A stretch of DNA of 64,000 nt from Labilithrix sp. (GCA_044227045.1 JBGAFW010000002.1:131457-195456), one strand, 5' to 3'; positions 36,915 through 46,696 are shown, counted from the first letter of the stretch. The notes: a model not told the origin generated them from the letters alone. Program-made: numbers and translations.

Positions 36915-37109
36915 ATGATGGCCAAGTTCGAATACGACCTTTACGTCTGCGCGTGGGGTCACGGCGGGAAGACGGACGACATCAAGAAGGAGCTCAATCG
37001 CCGCGGTGCCGAGGGCTGGGAGCTCGTGGGGATGACCCGTGACGAGAGCCCAGACGACGAGCACGACGAGGAAGAGGTCCTCTTCGCCTTCAAGCGCGCG
37101 AAGGCCTGA
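36915..37109 (+). CDS. Small (64 aa) acidic protein, possibly DUF4177-like; function unknown
   Basis: Strong SD (GGAGG 3 nt before ATG), GC3-rich codons, motif LN..G..GWELVGM. Inserted on the opposite strand between kamD and kamE. Confidence 0.5.
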   Translation: MMAKFEYDLYVCAWGHGGKTDDIKKELNRRGAEGWELVGMTRDESPDDEHDEEEVLFAFKRAKA

Positions 37110-37166
37110 GACCCACTCTCCACTCAGCGACTGGCCTCTTTCGGTTCGCCGGAAGAGGCCTTTTCT

Positions 37167-38726
37167 TTAGGAGGCCTTACGTCCCTCGAGGACGTTGAGG
37201 ATCGGGTTCACGTAGCTCGGCTTTCGCGCGCAGACGCCCGCGTAGCCCTTGCCGCCGGTGCGCGTTCGTTTGACGTCGGCGAACGCGCCTTTCTCGATCG
37301 CCTTCCAGATCGTGTCGCGCTCGACCTCTTCGAGTAGCTCGTGCGCTTCGTCGAGCACCTCGACGGCGCGCTTGCCCATCACGCCGTCGGGGTTGATCGA
37401 GATCTCGTCGCCGAGCGCCTTCGCGGCGCCGAAGATGTACTTCGTCGACTTCAGCGACAGGAAACGATCCATGAGCATCGGGTTGTGGATCGCTTCGCTG
37501 AACATACCGAGGAGCTCGATCGACTGGTGCGTCATCACGCCGACGAGGTTGAACATCGCGTCGTGGACGTGGCTCTGGAAGACGTCGCCGGTCTTGTGCT
37601 TCGTGGGCGGCATCCACTTGATCGGATGCTTGTCGAACACCTGGCGCACGAGCTGAGCTTGCGCGAGCTCGAGGAGGAAGCTGTTCTCGATCCAGGGGTC
37701 AATCTCGTACGCGTGGCCGAGGCCCATCTGCTCTTCACGCACGCCCGCGCGCTTCGCGAAGGCCTCGTTGATGAACTGGCTCGACAAGACGGTGTGCGCC
37801 TTCTCGACGGCGTCGGCGGTCGTGAGGTAGTTGTCCTCGCCGGTGTTGATGATGATCCCCGAGCGCGCGATGAAGCGGCGTGACACGTACTGATCGATGA
37901 AGTTGCGGCACGGGTTGATGTCACGGAACAAGATGCCGTACATCGCGTCGTTGAGGAGCATGTCGAGCCGCTCGACGGCGCCCATCCACGCGATCTCCGA
38001 CATGCAGAGACCCGAGGAGTAGTTCGTCTGGTGAATGTAGCGGCCGTAGTCGAGCGCGGCTTCGTCGGTCGCGCGGCGGATGATCTTGAAGTTCTCCTGC
38101 GTCGCGAATGTGCCGCCGTAGCCCTCGGTCGTCGCGCCGTGTGGGACGTAGTCGAGGAGCGACTGCGCGGTGGCGCGGATGACCGCGACGATGTCGGCGC
38201 CCGCGAACGCGGCGGCCTTGGCTTGCACGGCGTCGTCGTAGATGTTGCCCGTGGCCACGATGACGTACTTGAGCGGCGTGCCGCCCGGCGGCGTCTTTGC
38301 TTTGTTCTCCTCGCGCTCGGTGCGTGCGCGATCGATCCGATCGAGCGCGGCCTTCGTCGGCCCGGCGAGCGCCTTCAGCGCCTCCTCGAGCTTCAGGTCG
38401 GGCTCGTCGACCGCGACGAGCTCGGGGCCGTACGCGAGGCGCTCGGCGGCGTCTTGGACGTCGCTCGCGCCGCTCGCGATGGAGCGGCCCAAGAAGTACG
38501 AGATGCCGTGGCCGAGCAGGCCAGCCTTCTGGTAGCGGTCGACCACGAGGTTCACCAGCGGAGCGCCCTGGTCGTCGACGCCGTCGACGCCGAACGCGCG
38601 GAGGAACGTCCGCTCGGAGCCGACCGACGTGTGGCCGTCGATGTACGTTTGAACGTCATCGGCGATGCGCGCAGCGAGCTCGCGGCAGCGCGCCACCTTC
38701 TTCTCGTCCATGGGTACGCGCAACAT
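37167..38726 (-). CDS. kamD: Lysine 5,6-aminomutase alpha subunit (PLP-binding, KamD family) - start MLRVPMDEKK
   Basis: About 520 aa. Family signature stretches YVIVATGNIYDD and NTGEDNYLTTADA. Confidence 0.8.
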   Translation of the reverse strand: MLRVPMDEKKVARCRELAARIADDVQTYIDGHTSVGSERTFLRAFGVDGVDDQGAPLVNLVVDRYQKAGLLGHGISYFLGRSIASGASDVQDAAERLAYGPELVAVDEPDLKLEEALKALAGPTKAALDRIDRARTEREENKAKTPPGGTPLKYVIVATGNIYDDAVQAKAAAFAGADIVAVIRATAQSLLDYVPHGATTEGYGGTFATQENFKIIRRATDEAALDYGRYIHQTNYSSGLCMSEIAWMGAVERLDMLLNDAMYGILFRDINPCRNFIDQYVSRRFIARSGIIINTGEDNYLTTADAVEKAHTVLSSQFINEAFAKRAGVREEQMGLGHAYEIDPWIENSFLLELAQAQLVRQVFDKHPIKWMPPTKHKTGDVFQSHVHDAMFNLVGVMTHQSIELLGMFSEAIHNPMLMDRFLSLKSTKYIFGAAKALGDEISINPDGVMGKRAVEVLDEAHELLEEVERDTIWKAIEKGAFADVKRTRTGGKGYAGVCARKPSYVNPILNVLEGRKAS

Positions 38727-38787
38727 GATCGTGCCCCCGTCTTTGCCACGGGGCGCGCTCTGAAACAACCCCACGCCTTCGCGCGAG

Positions 38788-39474
38788 CTAGAAGAGCAGG
38801 GCAGAGGCGACAGCGAGGCCGATGCCCGCGACGGAAATGCCAAGAGGGGTGAGGTTCTTGCTCGGTGACGAAGGCGAGCGTTGGACGAACCGCGCGGCGC
38901 CGACCAAGAAGAGCACGCCGCCGATCGACAGCATCACGAACACCATGCTCGAGGGCATCGTGTCTCGCATGAGCGCTTCACGAAGCTTTTCCTCGGAGGC
39001 CGCGGGTGAGGACGTGCTGCCGCCCGCGGCGGCGACGGCGGTCGCGTCGATCCGATGCTCGAGACGCGCGATCTCCGCGTCGGCGCGATCCCGGCGCTCG
39101 GGCGACCCGCCGGTCGCGATCGTCCCGAGCGCGGCCGCGCGAGCCGCGCGCCATGCCGCGACCGCCGTCGCGTCATCGGCGCGTCCTTCGGCGTCCTTCG
39201 CGATCGTGGCGAGCCGGGTGTAGCCGATCTCGGGAGAGTCGCAGAGCGGGCATCGCGCCTGGGCGGCCGCGCGTGCCTGGACGATCGCCTCGATTCGATC
39301 GCCACGCGCGAGCGCCGCGTCACACGAAGCGATCGATCGGCGCCCTTCGCTGACGCGCGTGATCCATGCCGTGACGAGGACGACGAAGGCGAGCCCGAAC
39401 GCCATCGCGAGCTGCTTCGACGCGCTCTTGCCGGCTTTGACCGACGGGTTCACGCTCGGGCCCGCCGTGCTCAC
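38788..39474 (-). CDS. Hypothetical membrane protein (two TM segments, periplasmic Ala-rich region with CPLC)
   Basis: TM LAMAFGLAFVVLVTAWI near the N-terminus and VFVMLSIGGVLFLVGA near the C-terminus. Confidence 0.45.
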   Translation of the reverse strand: MSTAGPSVNPSVKAGKSASKQLAMAFGLAFVVLVTAWITRVSEGRRSIASCDAALARGDRIEAIVQARAAAQARCPLCDSPEIGYTRLATIAKDAEGRADDATAVAAWRAARAAALGTIATGGSPERRDRADAEIARLEHRIDATAVAAAGGSTSSPAASEEKLREALMRDTMPSSMVFVMLSIGGVLFLVGAARFVQRSPSSPSKNLTPLGISVAGIGLAVASALLF

Positions 39475-40403
39475 GTGAAGTCGCGCCGGCGGAAAACGAG
39501 CGACGAGACGACGAGCAGGAGCACCGCGTAGAGGAGCGCGTTTCCCCAGGCTGACAGCACGTAGGTGGGGAGGGGGACGCTCGGGACCTCGCCGAGCAAG
39601 ATGGCGCGCGGAGGGACGTAGACGTTCAGGTTGGGGAAGATCTTCGCCAGCACGATGCCGATCGATCTGATCGTCTCACCGAACACCTTCGCGGGGAGAT
39701 TGGCGAGCGTGTCGGACGACCGGCCGATCATGAACACCATCACGGTGAAGATCGCGGTCAAGAACGGCGACGAGAAGGAGGAGAACAGCGTCGCGATCGC
39801 CGTCACGATCGCGACCTCGGCCAAGGTCAGGATCGCCGAGACGACCACGACCTGACGCTCGCCGCCGGCGCCCGTCGACAGAAACGCGAGCACCACGAAC
39901 GCGATCAGCGACCACGGCAAGAGGAGAAACACGCGCGTGAGCTTCGCGCGCCAGAGCCCGACGCCGAGCCCGACGAGGAGCGCGGCGACGACGCCGAGCG
40001 TGGTGCCGAGCGCCTGCCCCGATTGAATCGCCATGATCGTGAGCACGGAGGCGCCGTCGATCGCGACGAACGTGAGGAGGACGGCGAGGATGCCCAAGTA
40101 CTTTCCGATGAGGTACTCGTGGCGGCGCAGCTTGCGGGTGAGGATCGGAAAGACCGTCTTCAGCTCGAGCTCGCGGTAGAGCGACGTGGCGCCGAGGATG
40201 ATCGCGACGAGCACCGCAAAGAGCGACGTCGACGACGCGCCGATGTCCGCCACGATGCGCATCTCCTGGCGGACGCTCATCGTGGCGAGCACGAGCGAGT
40301 ACGCGCTCGCGGCGAGCGCTGCTGCGAGAAGGCCGATGAGCACACGCGCGCGCACCGCCTCTCGGTACGTGTTCATCGTGATGGCCAGAATGCGGGCGAG
40401 CAT
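39471..40403 (-). CDS. ABC-2-type transporter permease-like polytopic membrane protein
   Basis: About 6 TM helices. N-terminus MLARILAITMNTYREAVRARVLIGLL is typical of ABC-2 permeases. No ATPase gene adjacent. Confidence 0.5.
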   Translation of the reverse strand: MLARILAITMNTYREAVRARVLIGLLAAALAASAYSLVLATMSVRQEMRIVADIGASSTSLFAVLVAIILGATSLYRELELKTVFPILTRKLRRHEYLIGKYLGILAVLLTFVAIDGASVLTIMAIQSGQALGTTLGVVAALLVGLGVGLWRAKLTRVFLLLPWSLIAFVVLAFLSTGAGGERQVVVVSAILTLAEVAIVTAIATLFSSFSSPFLTAIFTVMVFMIGRSSDTLANLPAKVFGETIRSIGIVLAKIFPNLNVYVPPRAILLGEVPSVPLPTYVLSAWGNALLYAVLLLVVSSLVFRRRDFT

Positions 40404-40508
40404 CTCGTCAGACCCGCGAACAATACGCGAGAACGGTTCGTCCGCGAATCTAATCTCGGACGATTTCCGGCCGAATCACGAGCGAAGACGACCGAAGACG
40501 ACGCGCCG

Positions 40509-41264
40509 TCAGCGACGGATCACGGTGGGCGTCGCGCTCGTCGAGACGTCGCGTACGCCCAGCATCCGCCGCTCGGCGACCTGGCGTCGAATGAGCTGCG
40601 GCACCGAGAGAAGCGCCGCGCGGAGGCGCTCTTCGAACAGATCGCGCACGATGCCTGGACCGACATCGACGAGGACGCCATACGTCAGGAGGACGCGCTC
40701 CTCGCCGTTTGGTCCGACGAACGGGCTGTAGCGGAAGAAGCCCCATGCGTCGTCGATGCCGTGCGGGCGGGAAGGGTCGAGCCAGAAGCGGATCTCGGTC
40801 TCGTTCTTGGCGGACGGGTGAGGCGCCTCGCGGCGAACCCGCAACGTGTACTCCGCCTCCATCACCGCGTTGCCCGTCGCGATCTCGAGCAGCTGATCGC
40901 CGTCGCTCGTGGTCCCGACGAGCCGCGCGCGCTTCGTTCGCGGCAGGATCCGTCGAAGCGACTCCACGTTGTCGAGCACCGCGGCGACGTCCGCCGCCGA
41001 CGCGTCCATCACCGCGTACGTGACGCCGCCGATGAAGCGGTGATCGCCGCGCTCGAACGTCTGCTCGCGCACGACCGTCTCGCCGCGACGAAGCAGCCGC
41101 GCGGTCTCATCGGCCGTGAGCGCGTCGGCCCGCGCGGTGGAGGTGGTGCCGGGGATCACGCCGCTCAGCGCGAGCGCACATGCACACGCGGAGATGAGCT
41201 TCGTTGGGATGATTCGAGGCATGACGCGACGACCCAGCTTAAGTGGCAGGGACATGACACGCAA
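40509..41264 (-). CDS. Hypothetical secreted protein (SRPBCC-like fold?)
   Basis: Signal peptide (ISACACALALSG). No strong motif. Confidence 0.45.
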   Translation of the reverse strand: MRVMSLPLKLGRRVMPRIIPTKLISACACALALSGVIPGTTSTARADALTADETARLLRRGETVVREQTFERGDHRFIGGVTYAVMDASAADVAAVLDNVESLRRILPRTKRARLVGTTSDGDQLLEIATGNAVMEAEYTLRVRREAPHPSAKNETEIRFWLDPSRPHGIDDAWGFFRYSPFVGPNGEERVLLTYGVLVDVGPGIVRDLFEERLRAALLSVPQLIRRQVAERRMLGVRDVSTSATPTVIRR

Positions 41265-41426
41265 GAAGCCCAGCAGCTTTGTTGGGAGTGCTCGTCCACG
41301 GGTTTGTTCGGATCGTCATTCGCCGATTCCAAGAACGCTCGGCCCGACCGATCGCTTTCCTCGCGCTCCGCCCGCACGAAGGGCGAAACGCGACCGGCGC
41401 AGGATGTGCTTCCGATCGCTCGGGAT

Positions 41427-42494
41427 TCAGGTGAGGACGATGCGGACCCGCGGGCCGATCGAGACGTGGAGGGCGCCCTCGCACTCGTGCAAATCGCCGT
41501 CGATCATGTAACGAAGCGGCTCGTTCGCGCGGCCGCGGATGGTCGCGCGATCGGTGACGGCTTCGTACGTGCGACCAGGTTGCATGGGCGCGGCACGCCA
41601 GATCCGCGGCAGTTGGCGCACGAATCCCATCGGAGAGGTGTGGATGCCGAGCAAGTGGAAGGTGTTTGGCTGCTCCGCGTACCGGTAGAACGGACGGAAG
41701 TTGAGGCCGATCTGGTCGACAGTGCCCCCTGCGATCGCGAGGTAGTCACGTTCGGGCCACGTCTGCCCATCGCCGGTCTCCACCGAGCCGTGAAAGGGCT
41801 GCGCCATGCGCTTGATCATGTCGCCGCCGACCGCGGCGCTGCCGACACCACGAAGGAGCGTCTTCGCCGCGACGACGGGGTTCGGAGGCTGACCGTACGC
41901 GTAGTACTCGGAGAGGAACCCGCAGACGACGCCCGTGCCGAAGTTGAAGCCGTACTTCGTCGCGAGGACCTCCGTGGGCCCGGTGCGACCCGGTCGGATC
42001 GACGCGGGCCCGTCGCTGTCCGTGTTCTTCTTGCGCGAAGCGCTGGCGTGGGCCTTGAGCGGCCGTGCGCCTTCCGCGCGAATGCACATCACGTGGCGCT
42101 CGACGTCGGCGAGCGGCGCTGCGGCGCGCTGGACGTACGCACGGCAAAGCCGATCGAGCAGTCCCTCCGGAGGACCGCGCCGAACGCCGACGGAGTTCGC
42201 GACGGTGTTCATCGTGCCGCCGCGGAGGAACGCGATTTGAGGGAGCGCGTTGCCTTGGTAGACGTCGAGGAAGCCCGTGATCGTGGTGCCGTTCGTTCCG
42301 TCGCCGCCGCTGATGCCGAGGACGTCGATCTCGAGCTTTCGAAAATCTTCCGCGACGCGGTAAAGCTCGTCGATCGATCCGGCTTCCCGGATGACGCCGC
42401 GATCTCCGAGCGTGCGTGCCAGGCGTCGTGCGGCGCGAGGGTCGCGGAGGTTGCGACCGCTTCGCGGATTGAAAATCACACCAATGCCGGGCAT
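41427..42494 (-). CDS. Diacylglycerol/lipid kinase catalytic-domain protein (DAGK_cat; YegS/sphingosine-kinase-like)
   Basis: MPGIGVIFNPRSG...DVLGISGGDGTNG is the GGDGT ATP-binding signature. 355 aa. Confidence 0.75.
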   Translation of the reverse strand: MPGIGVIFNPRSGRNLRDPRAARRLARTLGDRGVIREAGSIDELYRVAEDFRKLEIDVLGISGGDGTNGTTITGFLDVYQGNALPQIAFLRGGTMNTVANSVGVRRGPPEGLLDRLCRAYVQRAAAPLADVERHVMCIRAEGARPLKAHASASRKKNTDSDGPASIRPGRTGPTEVLATKYGFNFGTGVVCGFLSEYYAYGQPPNPVVAAKTLLRGVGSAAVGGDMIKRMAQPFHGSVETGDGQTWPERDYLAIAGGTVDQIGLNFRPFYRYAEQPNTFHLLGIHTSPMGFVRQLPRIWRAAPMQPGRTYEAVTDRATIRGRANEPLRYMIDGDLHECEGALHVSIGPRVRIVLT

Positions 42495-42612
42495 GTGCAG
42501 CTGCTTCTTCCGTGAGAACGTGGCTCAGCTACGACGCTGACCCCCCCAACCTGACCCCGCAAAGGGCGATCCGTCAAGCGAACGGCTGGTTTTTTCCCGC
42601 TCGAGGTGCCAA

Positions 42613-43581
42613 ATGCAGGATGTGCCCATGACCCATGTTTCAGATTCGTCCCTGACGGCAACCCCGAGCGCAGGCGAAGCGATGCGCGCGGCGCGTGAGT
42701 CGGTCCTCGTGGTTCGGCTCGCCGATCGCGCGGGCATTCGGCTTCGAGGAAAAGAACGCACGAGCTGGCTCAATGGACTCGTCACGTGCGATCTGGCCAA
42801 GCTCGGTGAGCACGACGCCGCCTACGGGCTGCTCGTCGAGAAGAAGGGGCGCATCCAAACGGACTTCTTCGTCGTACGGGGCAAAGACGACCTCGTGCTC
42901 GCGGTGCCCGCCAGCTTGCGCGACCAACTCCAAGAGACGCTCGACCACTACCTGATCATGGAAGACGTCGAGATCGAGCCGGCCGACGTCGCGTTCTGGC
43001 AGCTCCACGGACCGTCCTCCGCGCAGGTCCTCGACGCGATCGCCTCCGAAGCGTCAGGCATTCGTCGCGGTGGAAAGCTCGACCCGCTCGGCGTGGGTGG
43101 AGGCGGCATCCTTGCTGCGCCTCTCGACGATGCCACGGAGGTGGAAGGGAAGATCGCGGCCGCGGTCACCGCCGCGTCGGGCCACCTCGCCGACGAGCCG
43201 ACGTGGGAGGTCGTTCGCATCGCGCACGCGCTTCCGCGATTCGGCGTCGAGGTCGACGCCACGCTCTACCCGCAGGAGGCATCGCTCGAGAAGCTGGCGG
43301 TGTCGTTCGAGAAGGGGTGTTACCTCGGGCAAGAGGTCGTCTACATGCTCGAGAACCGCGGTCACGTGAAGCGCAAGCTCGTCGGGCTCGACATCGACGC
43401 GACGAGCGCCGAGCCAAGCGGCGCGGCCATCTCCACGCCCGAGGGCGCGGCGGTCGGTGACGTGAAGAGCTCGGTCGTGGGCCCCAACGGAAAAGCCGTC
43501 GCCATCGCGATGGTGAAGTGGGCGCAAGCCAAACCGGGCACCGAGCTCCGCGTCGGAGAGCATCTCGCCCGCGTTCGCTAA
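42613..43581 (+). CDS. ygfZ: Folate-binding YgfZ/GcvT-like protein (Fe-S cluster repair/tRNA-modification family)
   Basis: C-terminal signature KGCYLGQE. GcvT-like N-terminal fold. Start may be the internal MTHVSD. Confidence 0.65.
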   Translation: MQDVPMTHVSDSSLTATPSAGEAMRAARESVLVVRLADRAGIRLRGKERTSWLNGLVTCDLAKLGEHDAAYGLLVEKKGRIQTDFFVVRGKDDLVLAVPASLRDQLQETLDHYLIMEDVEIEPADVAFWQLHGPSSAQVLDAIASEASGIRRGGKLDPLGVGGGGILAAPLDDATEVEGKIAAAVTAASGHLADEPTWEVVRIAHALPRFGVEVDATLYPQEASLEKLAVSFEKGCYLGQEVVYMLENRGHVKRKLVGLDIDATSAEPSGAAISTPEGAAVGDVKSSVVGPNGKAVAIAMVKWAQAKPGTELRVGEHLARVR

Positions 43582-43628
43582 GGCGTTTTTAGATCGCAGT
43601 ATCCGTTAGCGATTTCAAGCGTTTGGCC

Positions 43629-43730
43629 TGTGGACAAGCGGTGGATAACCGCACGGCGACTGGCAAGCGCTAGGGTAGGTGCTAGTCCTACTCGGCTCGG
43701 GTTGACCCGTTTTCCACAGGGTTATCCACA
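43629..43730. promoter_or_regulatory. Cluster of four DnaA-box-like 9-mers in two facing pairs
   Basis: tgtggacaa (43629-37, the reverse complement of TTGTCCACA). gtggataac (43641-49, complement strand TTATCCACC). ttttccaca (43710-18). ttatccaca (43722-30, perfect TTATCCACA). All within a 208-bp convergent intergenic region. Confidence 0.35.
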
Positions 43731-43789
43731 CGCACGAGACGAGAGGCTCGTACCACCATGAAGCTCGGACTGATGACCCAGCTAATGCC

Positions 43790-44641
43790 TCAGAGCTTTC
43801 GATCGAGCTTGAAGTGCTTGCCGGAGGTCCCTTCGACAGGAGGCAGCGGCGTCACTTTGAGCATCTCGAGCGCGATCTCTTTGATGCGTCCGTCTTTCCC
43901 GAGGCGGAGGTGGAGGCGGTCACCGTCGCTCTTCACGACCTCGCACCTTCCAAACGCGAAGTGCTCCACGACGTCGCCCGCGTCCGGGTAGACCTGCTCT
44001 TCTTCTTCCGCCTGGCGAGGCTTGACCGGCTTCGGCGGCATCGCGGCGCTCATGAACGTCGGCGAGGGCTTCGGCGCCGCGGCCGCGGCCGGCTTGTTTA
44101 GCTCGGGATCGCTCGCGGGCGCGGAGGGCGCAGGGCTCGGAACGATCGGCGCAGACGGGGCAGGCGCGGGCTGAGCCGGCGCAGCGGCGATGGGTGCAGG
44201 CGCCTTTTGCGAGCTGCTCACCGGATCGAGAAGCCAGACGCCGAGAGGACCGGCCTGGCGCGTGGCGGTGACGTCGTCGAAGGCTGTCACGAAGACCTCG
44301 AGCGCGCCGACGCGTGCTTCGACGATCTCGCCCGCGATGGTCTCGAGGCCCGAGTCGGTCTCGCGCGAGAGCACGACGCGCATGCCGCACGTCACGTCGC
44401 CTTGTGAGAGACCGATGCTGCCTTCGAGCGTGACGGCGTGCACGGCGCCTGCGAGGAGGCGCGGACCCGACCCGCCGAGCGCGCGGATGCGCACGTCGTG
44501 GAGGACTCCGCTCGCGCGCACGTACCCGGACAGCACGATCTCGTCGCGGAGCTTTCCGAGCAGCGCGTCGGGCAGTCGAGCGGGTTCGGCGAGCTTGAAG
44601 AGAACGTGGCGTGCGCTCGATGTCGTCACCGTCATCGTCAT
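43790..44641 (-). CDS. PPC (DUF296)-like domain protein with Pro/Ala-rich linker and small C-terminal domain (start MTMTVTT)
   Basis: Compare the PPC domain: HVLFKL..P.ARLPDALLG...EIVLSGYVRASGVLHDVRIRA. 4-nt ATGA overlap with the upstream gene. The rest of ORF 43790..45379 was rejected because it overlaps the neighbouring gene in another frame. Confidence 0.5.
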   Translation of the reverse strand: MTMTVTTSSARHVLFKLAEPARLPDALLGKLRDEIVLSGYVRASGVLHDVRIRALGGSGPRLLAGAVHAVTLEGSIGLSQGDVTCGMRVVLSRETDSGLETIAGEIVEARVGALEVFVTAFDDVTATRQAGPLGVWLLDPVSSSQKAPAPIAAAPAQPAPAPSAPIVPSPAPSAPASDPELNKPAAAAAPKPSPTFMSAAMPPKPVKPRQAEEEEQVYPDAGDVVEHFAFGRCEVVKSDGDRLHLRLGKDGRIKEIALEMLKVTPLPPVEGTSGKHFKLDRKL

Positions 44642-45954
44642 GGCGAATTCCCCGGGGTGGTCGATGAGCTCGGTGGAGTGGTCGGCGCGTCCGCTGGAGG
44701 AGGAGGAGGCTGCTCCGGTGCGGGCGGCGTCGTCACCGGTGGCTCGACCGGAGGCGGCACGGGCTCGCTCGGCGGCGGCGGCGGCGGACAACCGGGGCGC
44801 TCGCTCGATTTCTCGCCCGCTTGCGAAGGACAGCGATCGATCGCGTCCGGCACGCCGTCGCCGTCGGCGTCGAGCCCGAGCGGCGCGTACGTCACGCCGA
44901 GCGTGAAGCGAAAGCGCGGGACGGTGATCGCGGCGTCGGTGATCGGGATGGGTCCGCCGCCGCCGAGATAGAACGAGATGTCCCCGCCGAGCAGCGGCGC
45001 CGATCGCACGCCGAGCATCCACTCCGACGGGACGATCGATTTTCCGTTCGCGTTGCTCGTGATGCCGAACGCCGACTGTTGTGTGTCGTGCTGCTCGGCG
45101 AAATTGACGTAGGCGCGGCCTTCGGCGAGGACCGCGAGCATGTCCTTCTTGAGGATGTCGAAGCCCGCGCCGAGCGCGGTCGTGAGCTGCGTGCCGACGC
45201 GTGCCCCCGCGAACTCCGTGATCGGACGGATGCGCGCGCCGATGTCCGCGCCGAAGAAGAAGCGATCGATGCGGTAGTCGGCCGAGATGCTCGGGTAGAA
45301 GACGACGGTGCGCTCGCCCGCGAAGGACGTGTTGTCTCCGACGGGCGCGGAGAGGGTGAGCCGTCCGGTGAGCGACCAAGCCTTGCCCGCGCCGCCTTGC
45401 TCGGCCGCGACCTGCGGGTCGATGCGCTCGCGCGGGACGATCGCGTAGGCGAGGCCGAAGCGGAAATCACGGACCGCCGTGTCGCGAATCGGCTCGCCGC
45501 CCGTGAGCGGGCTCGTGCCTGCGCCCGTCTGCACGAGCGTGACGGGCACCGCGACGTCGAGCTGGAGCGCGTTCGTGACGCCGTAAGCGAAGAGGAAGTT
45601 CGAGTTGACCTGGTTGTCGATCACGAACTGATCGCTGCCGCCAGGTCCTGGCGAGGCCACGCGCAAGACGACCGGACGCGAGAGGTAGGTCGTGACGAGA
45701 CCAAACGCGATGTGCCGGCTCTGCACGGTCTCCGTCCCGGCGACCGCGGCGAAGCGCTGCGGACCGGGTTGGGGCCAGTACGAATCGCTGTTGATGCACG
45801 TGCTGATGAGCGGATTGGCGCACGCTTGCGCGCGTGCCTCTCTCAACCCAAGCCACGAAACGAGGCCGGCAAAGACAATCGAGGAAACTGCTCGGGCAGC
45901 TGCCCTTCGCATGAGCTGCGGCGCACCATACCAGAGTTGACTCTTCGGCTTCAT
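44638..45954 (-). CDS. Secreted/outer-membrane protein with thrombospondin-type-3-like Ca-binding motif and Pro-rich C-terminal tail (start MKPKSQ)
   Basis: Signal peptide ...GLREARAQA. DADGDGVPDAIDRCP (TSP3-like, as in OmpA-family proteins). C-terminal PPPPPSEPVPPPVEPPVTTPPAPEQPPPPP. Confidence 0.55.
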   Translation of the reverse strand: MKPKSQLWYGAPQLMRRAAARAVSSIVFAGLVSWLGLREARAQACANPLISTCINSDSYWPQPGPQRFAAVAGTETVQSRHIAFGLVTTYLSRPVVLRVASPGPGGSDQFVIDNQVNSNFLFAYGVTNALQLDVAVPVTLVQTGAGTSPLTGGEPIRDTAVRDFRFGLAYAIVPRERIDPQVAAEQGGAGKAWSLTGRLTLSAPVGDNTSFAGERTVVFYPSISADYRIDRFFFGADIGARIRPITEFAGARVGTQLTTALGAGFDILKKDMLAVLAEGRAYVNFAEQHDTQQSAFGITSNANGKSIVPSEWMLGVRSAPLLGGDISFYLGGGGPIPITDAAITVPRFRFTLGVTYAPLGLDADGDGVPDAIDRCPSQAGEKSSERPGCPPPPPPSEPVPPPVEPPVTTPPAPEQPPPPPADAPTTPPSSSTTPGNSP

Positions 45955-46025
45955 TGGGAAAACGCCAGCGGTGTCTCCAAACGCCCAAAAACGCGAGGGA
46001 CGTAGTAAATGGGCCGTCGAACCTA

Positions 46026-46694
46026 ATGGCAAGCCCGCAGCTTCTTTCGGAGGCCGAGCCTCTCTTGCTCGCGAGCGGGTCTCCCCGCAGAAGAGAGATC
46101 CTCGCCCATCTCGGCATCCCAACCCTCGTCACCTCGGTCGACATCGACGAGTCGGTCGCACACGGCGAGCCTGCGGACGCCTACCTGGTTCGCATCGTCG
46201 CGTCGAAGCTCGCGGCGGCGAGCCGTCTCTTCCTGAAGTCCGTCAACAAAGGCGGGCTTCGCGGCGACACGCTCCAGGGCGCGAACATCGCCACGGCTTC
46301 CTGCGCAATCCTCGTCGCCGATACCTCCGTCATCGACGGCGACGCGATCCTCGGCAAGCCCGCCTCCGATGACGAGGCCGAGGCGATGATCGGTCAGCTC
46401 GCCGGCAAGACCCACGAGGTGTGGACGCGCTTCGCGATCGGCGCGCCGGAGGCCCCTGCGCGCTCCCTCCACGAAGAGACCGTCGTGACCAAGGTGACGT
46501 TTCGCGCGCTGACCGCCCCGCGCATTCGCGCGTACGTGGCGAGCGGCGAGGGGAAAGACAAGGCGGGCGCGTACGCCGTGCAAGGCCGCGGCGCAGGCCT
46601 CGTCGCGCGCATCGAGGGCTCGTACTCGAACGTCGTCGGTCTTCCTGCCTGCGAAGTGGTGGTCGCGCTCGAGCGGCTCGGCTTCTTGGCTTGA
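46026..46694 (+). CDS. maf: Maf-like nucleoside triphosphate pyrophosphatase (septum formation protein Maf)
   Basis: LLLASGSPRRREIL..., family signature. Start taken at MASPQ. Confidence 0.85.
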   Translation: MASPQLLSEAEPLLLASGSPRRREILAHLGIPTLVTSVDIDESVAHGEPADAYLVRIVASKLAAASRLFLKSVNKGGLRGDTLQGANIATASCAILVADTSVIDGDAILGKPASDDEAEAMIGQLAGKTHEVWTRFAIGAPEAPARSLHEETVVTKVTFRALTAPRIRAYVASGEGKDKAGAYAVQGRGAGLVARIEGSYSNVVGLPACEVVVALERLGFLA

Positions 46695-46696
46695 GC

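Noticed and set aside
43582-43789. Chromosomal replication origin (oriC)
   Set aside because: No dnaA or dnaN in the vicinity, no AT-rich DNA-unwinding element, and the region is only ~200 bp between convergent genes. The DnaA boxes are more consistent with a titration or regulatory site.
44642-45379. Upstream 246 codons of ORF 43790..45379
   Set aside because: This part overlaps the secreted TSP3-motif protein gene (44638..45954) in another frame and is Arg-rich. A clean start (MTMTVTT) with a 4-nt ATGA overlap gives a sensible 283-aa PPC-domain protein.
46421-46696. N-terminal extension of the glycosyltransferase ORF
   Set aside because: It overlaps the 3' end of maf in a different frame. 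An in-frame GTG immediately after the maf stop gives a start consistent with the first TM helix.
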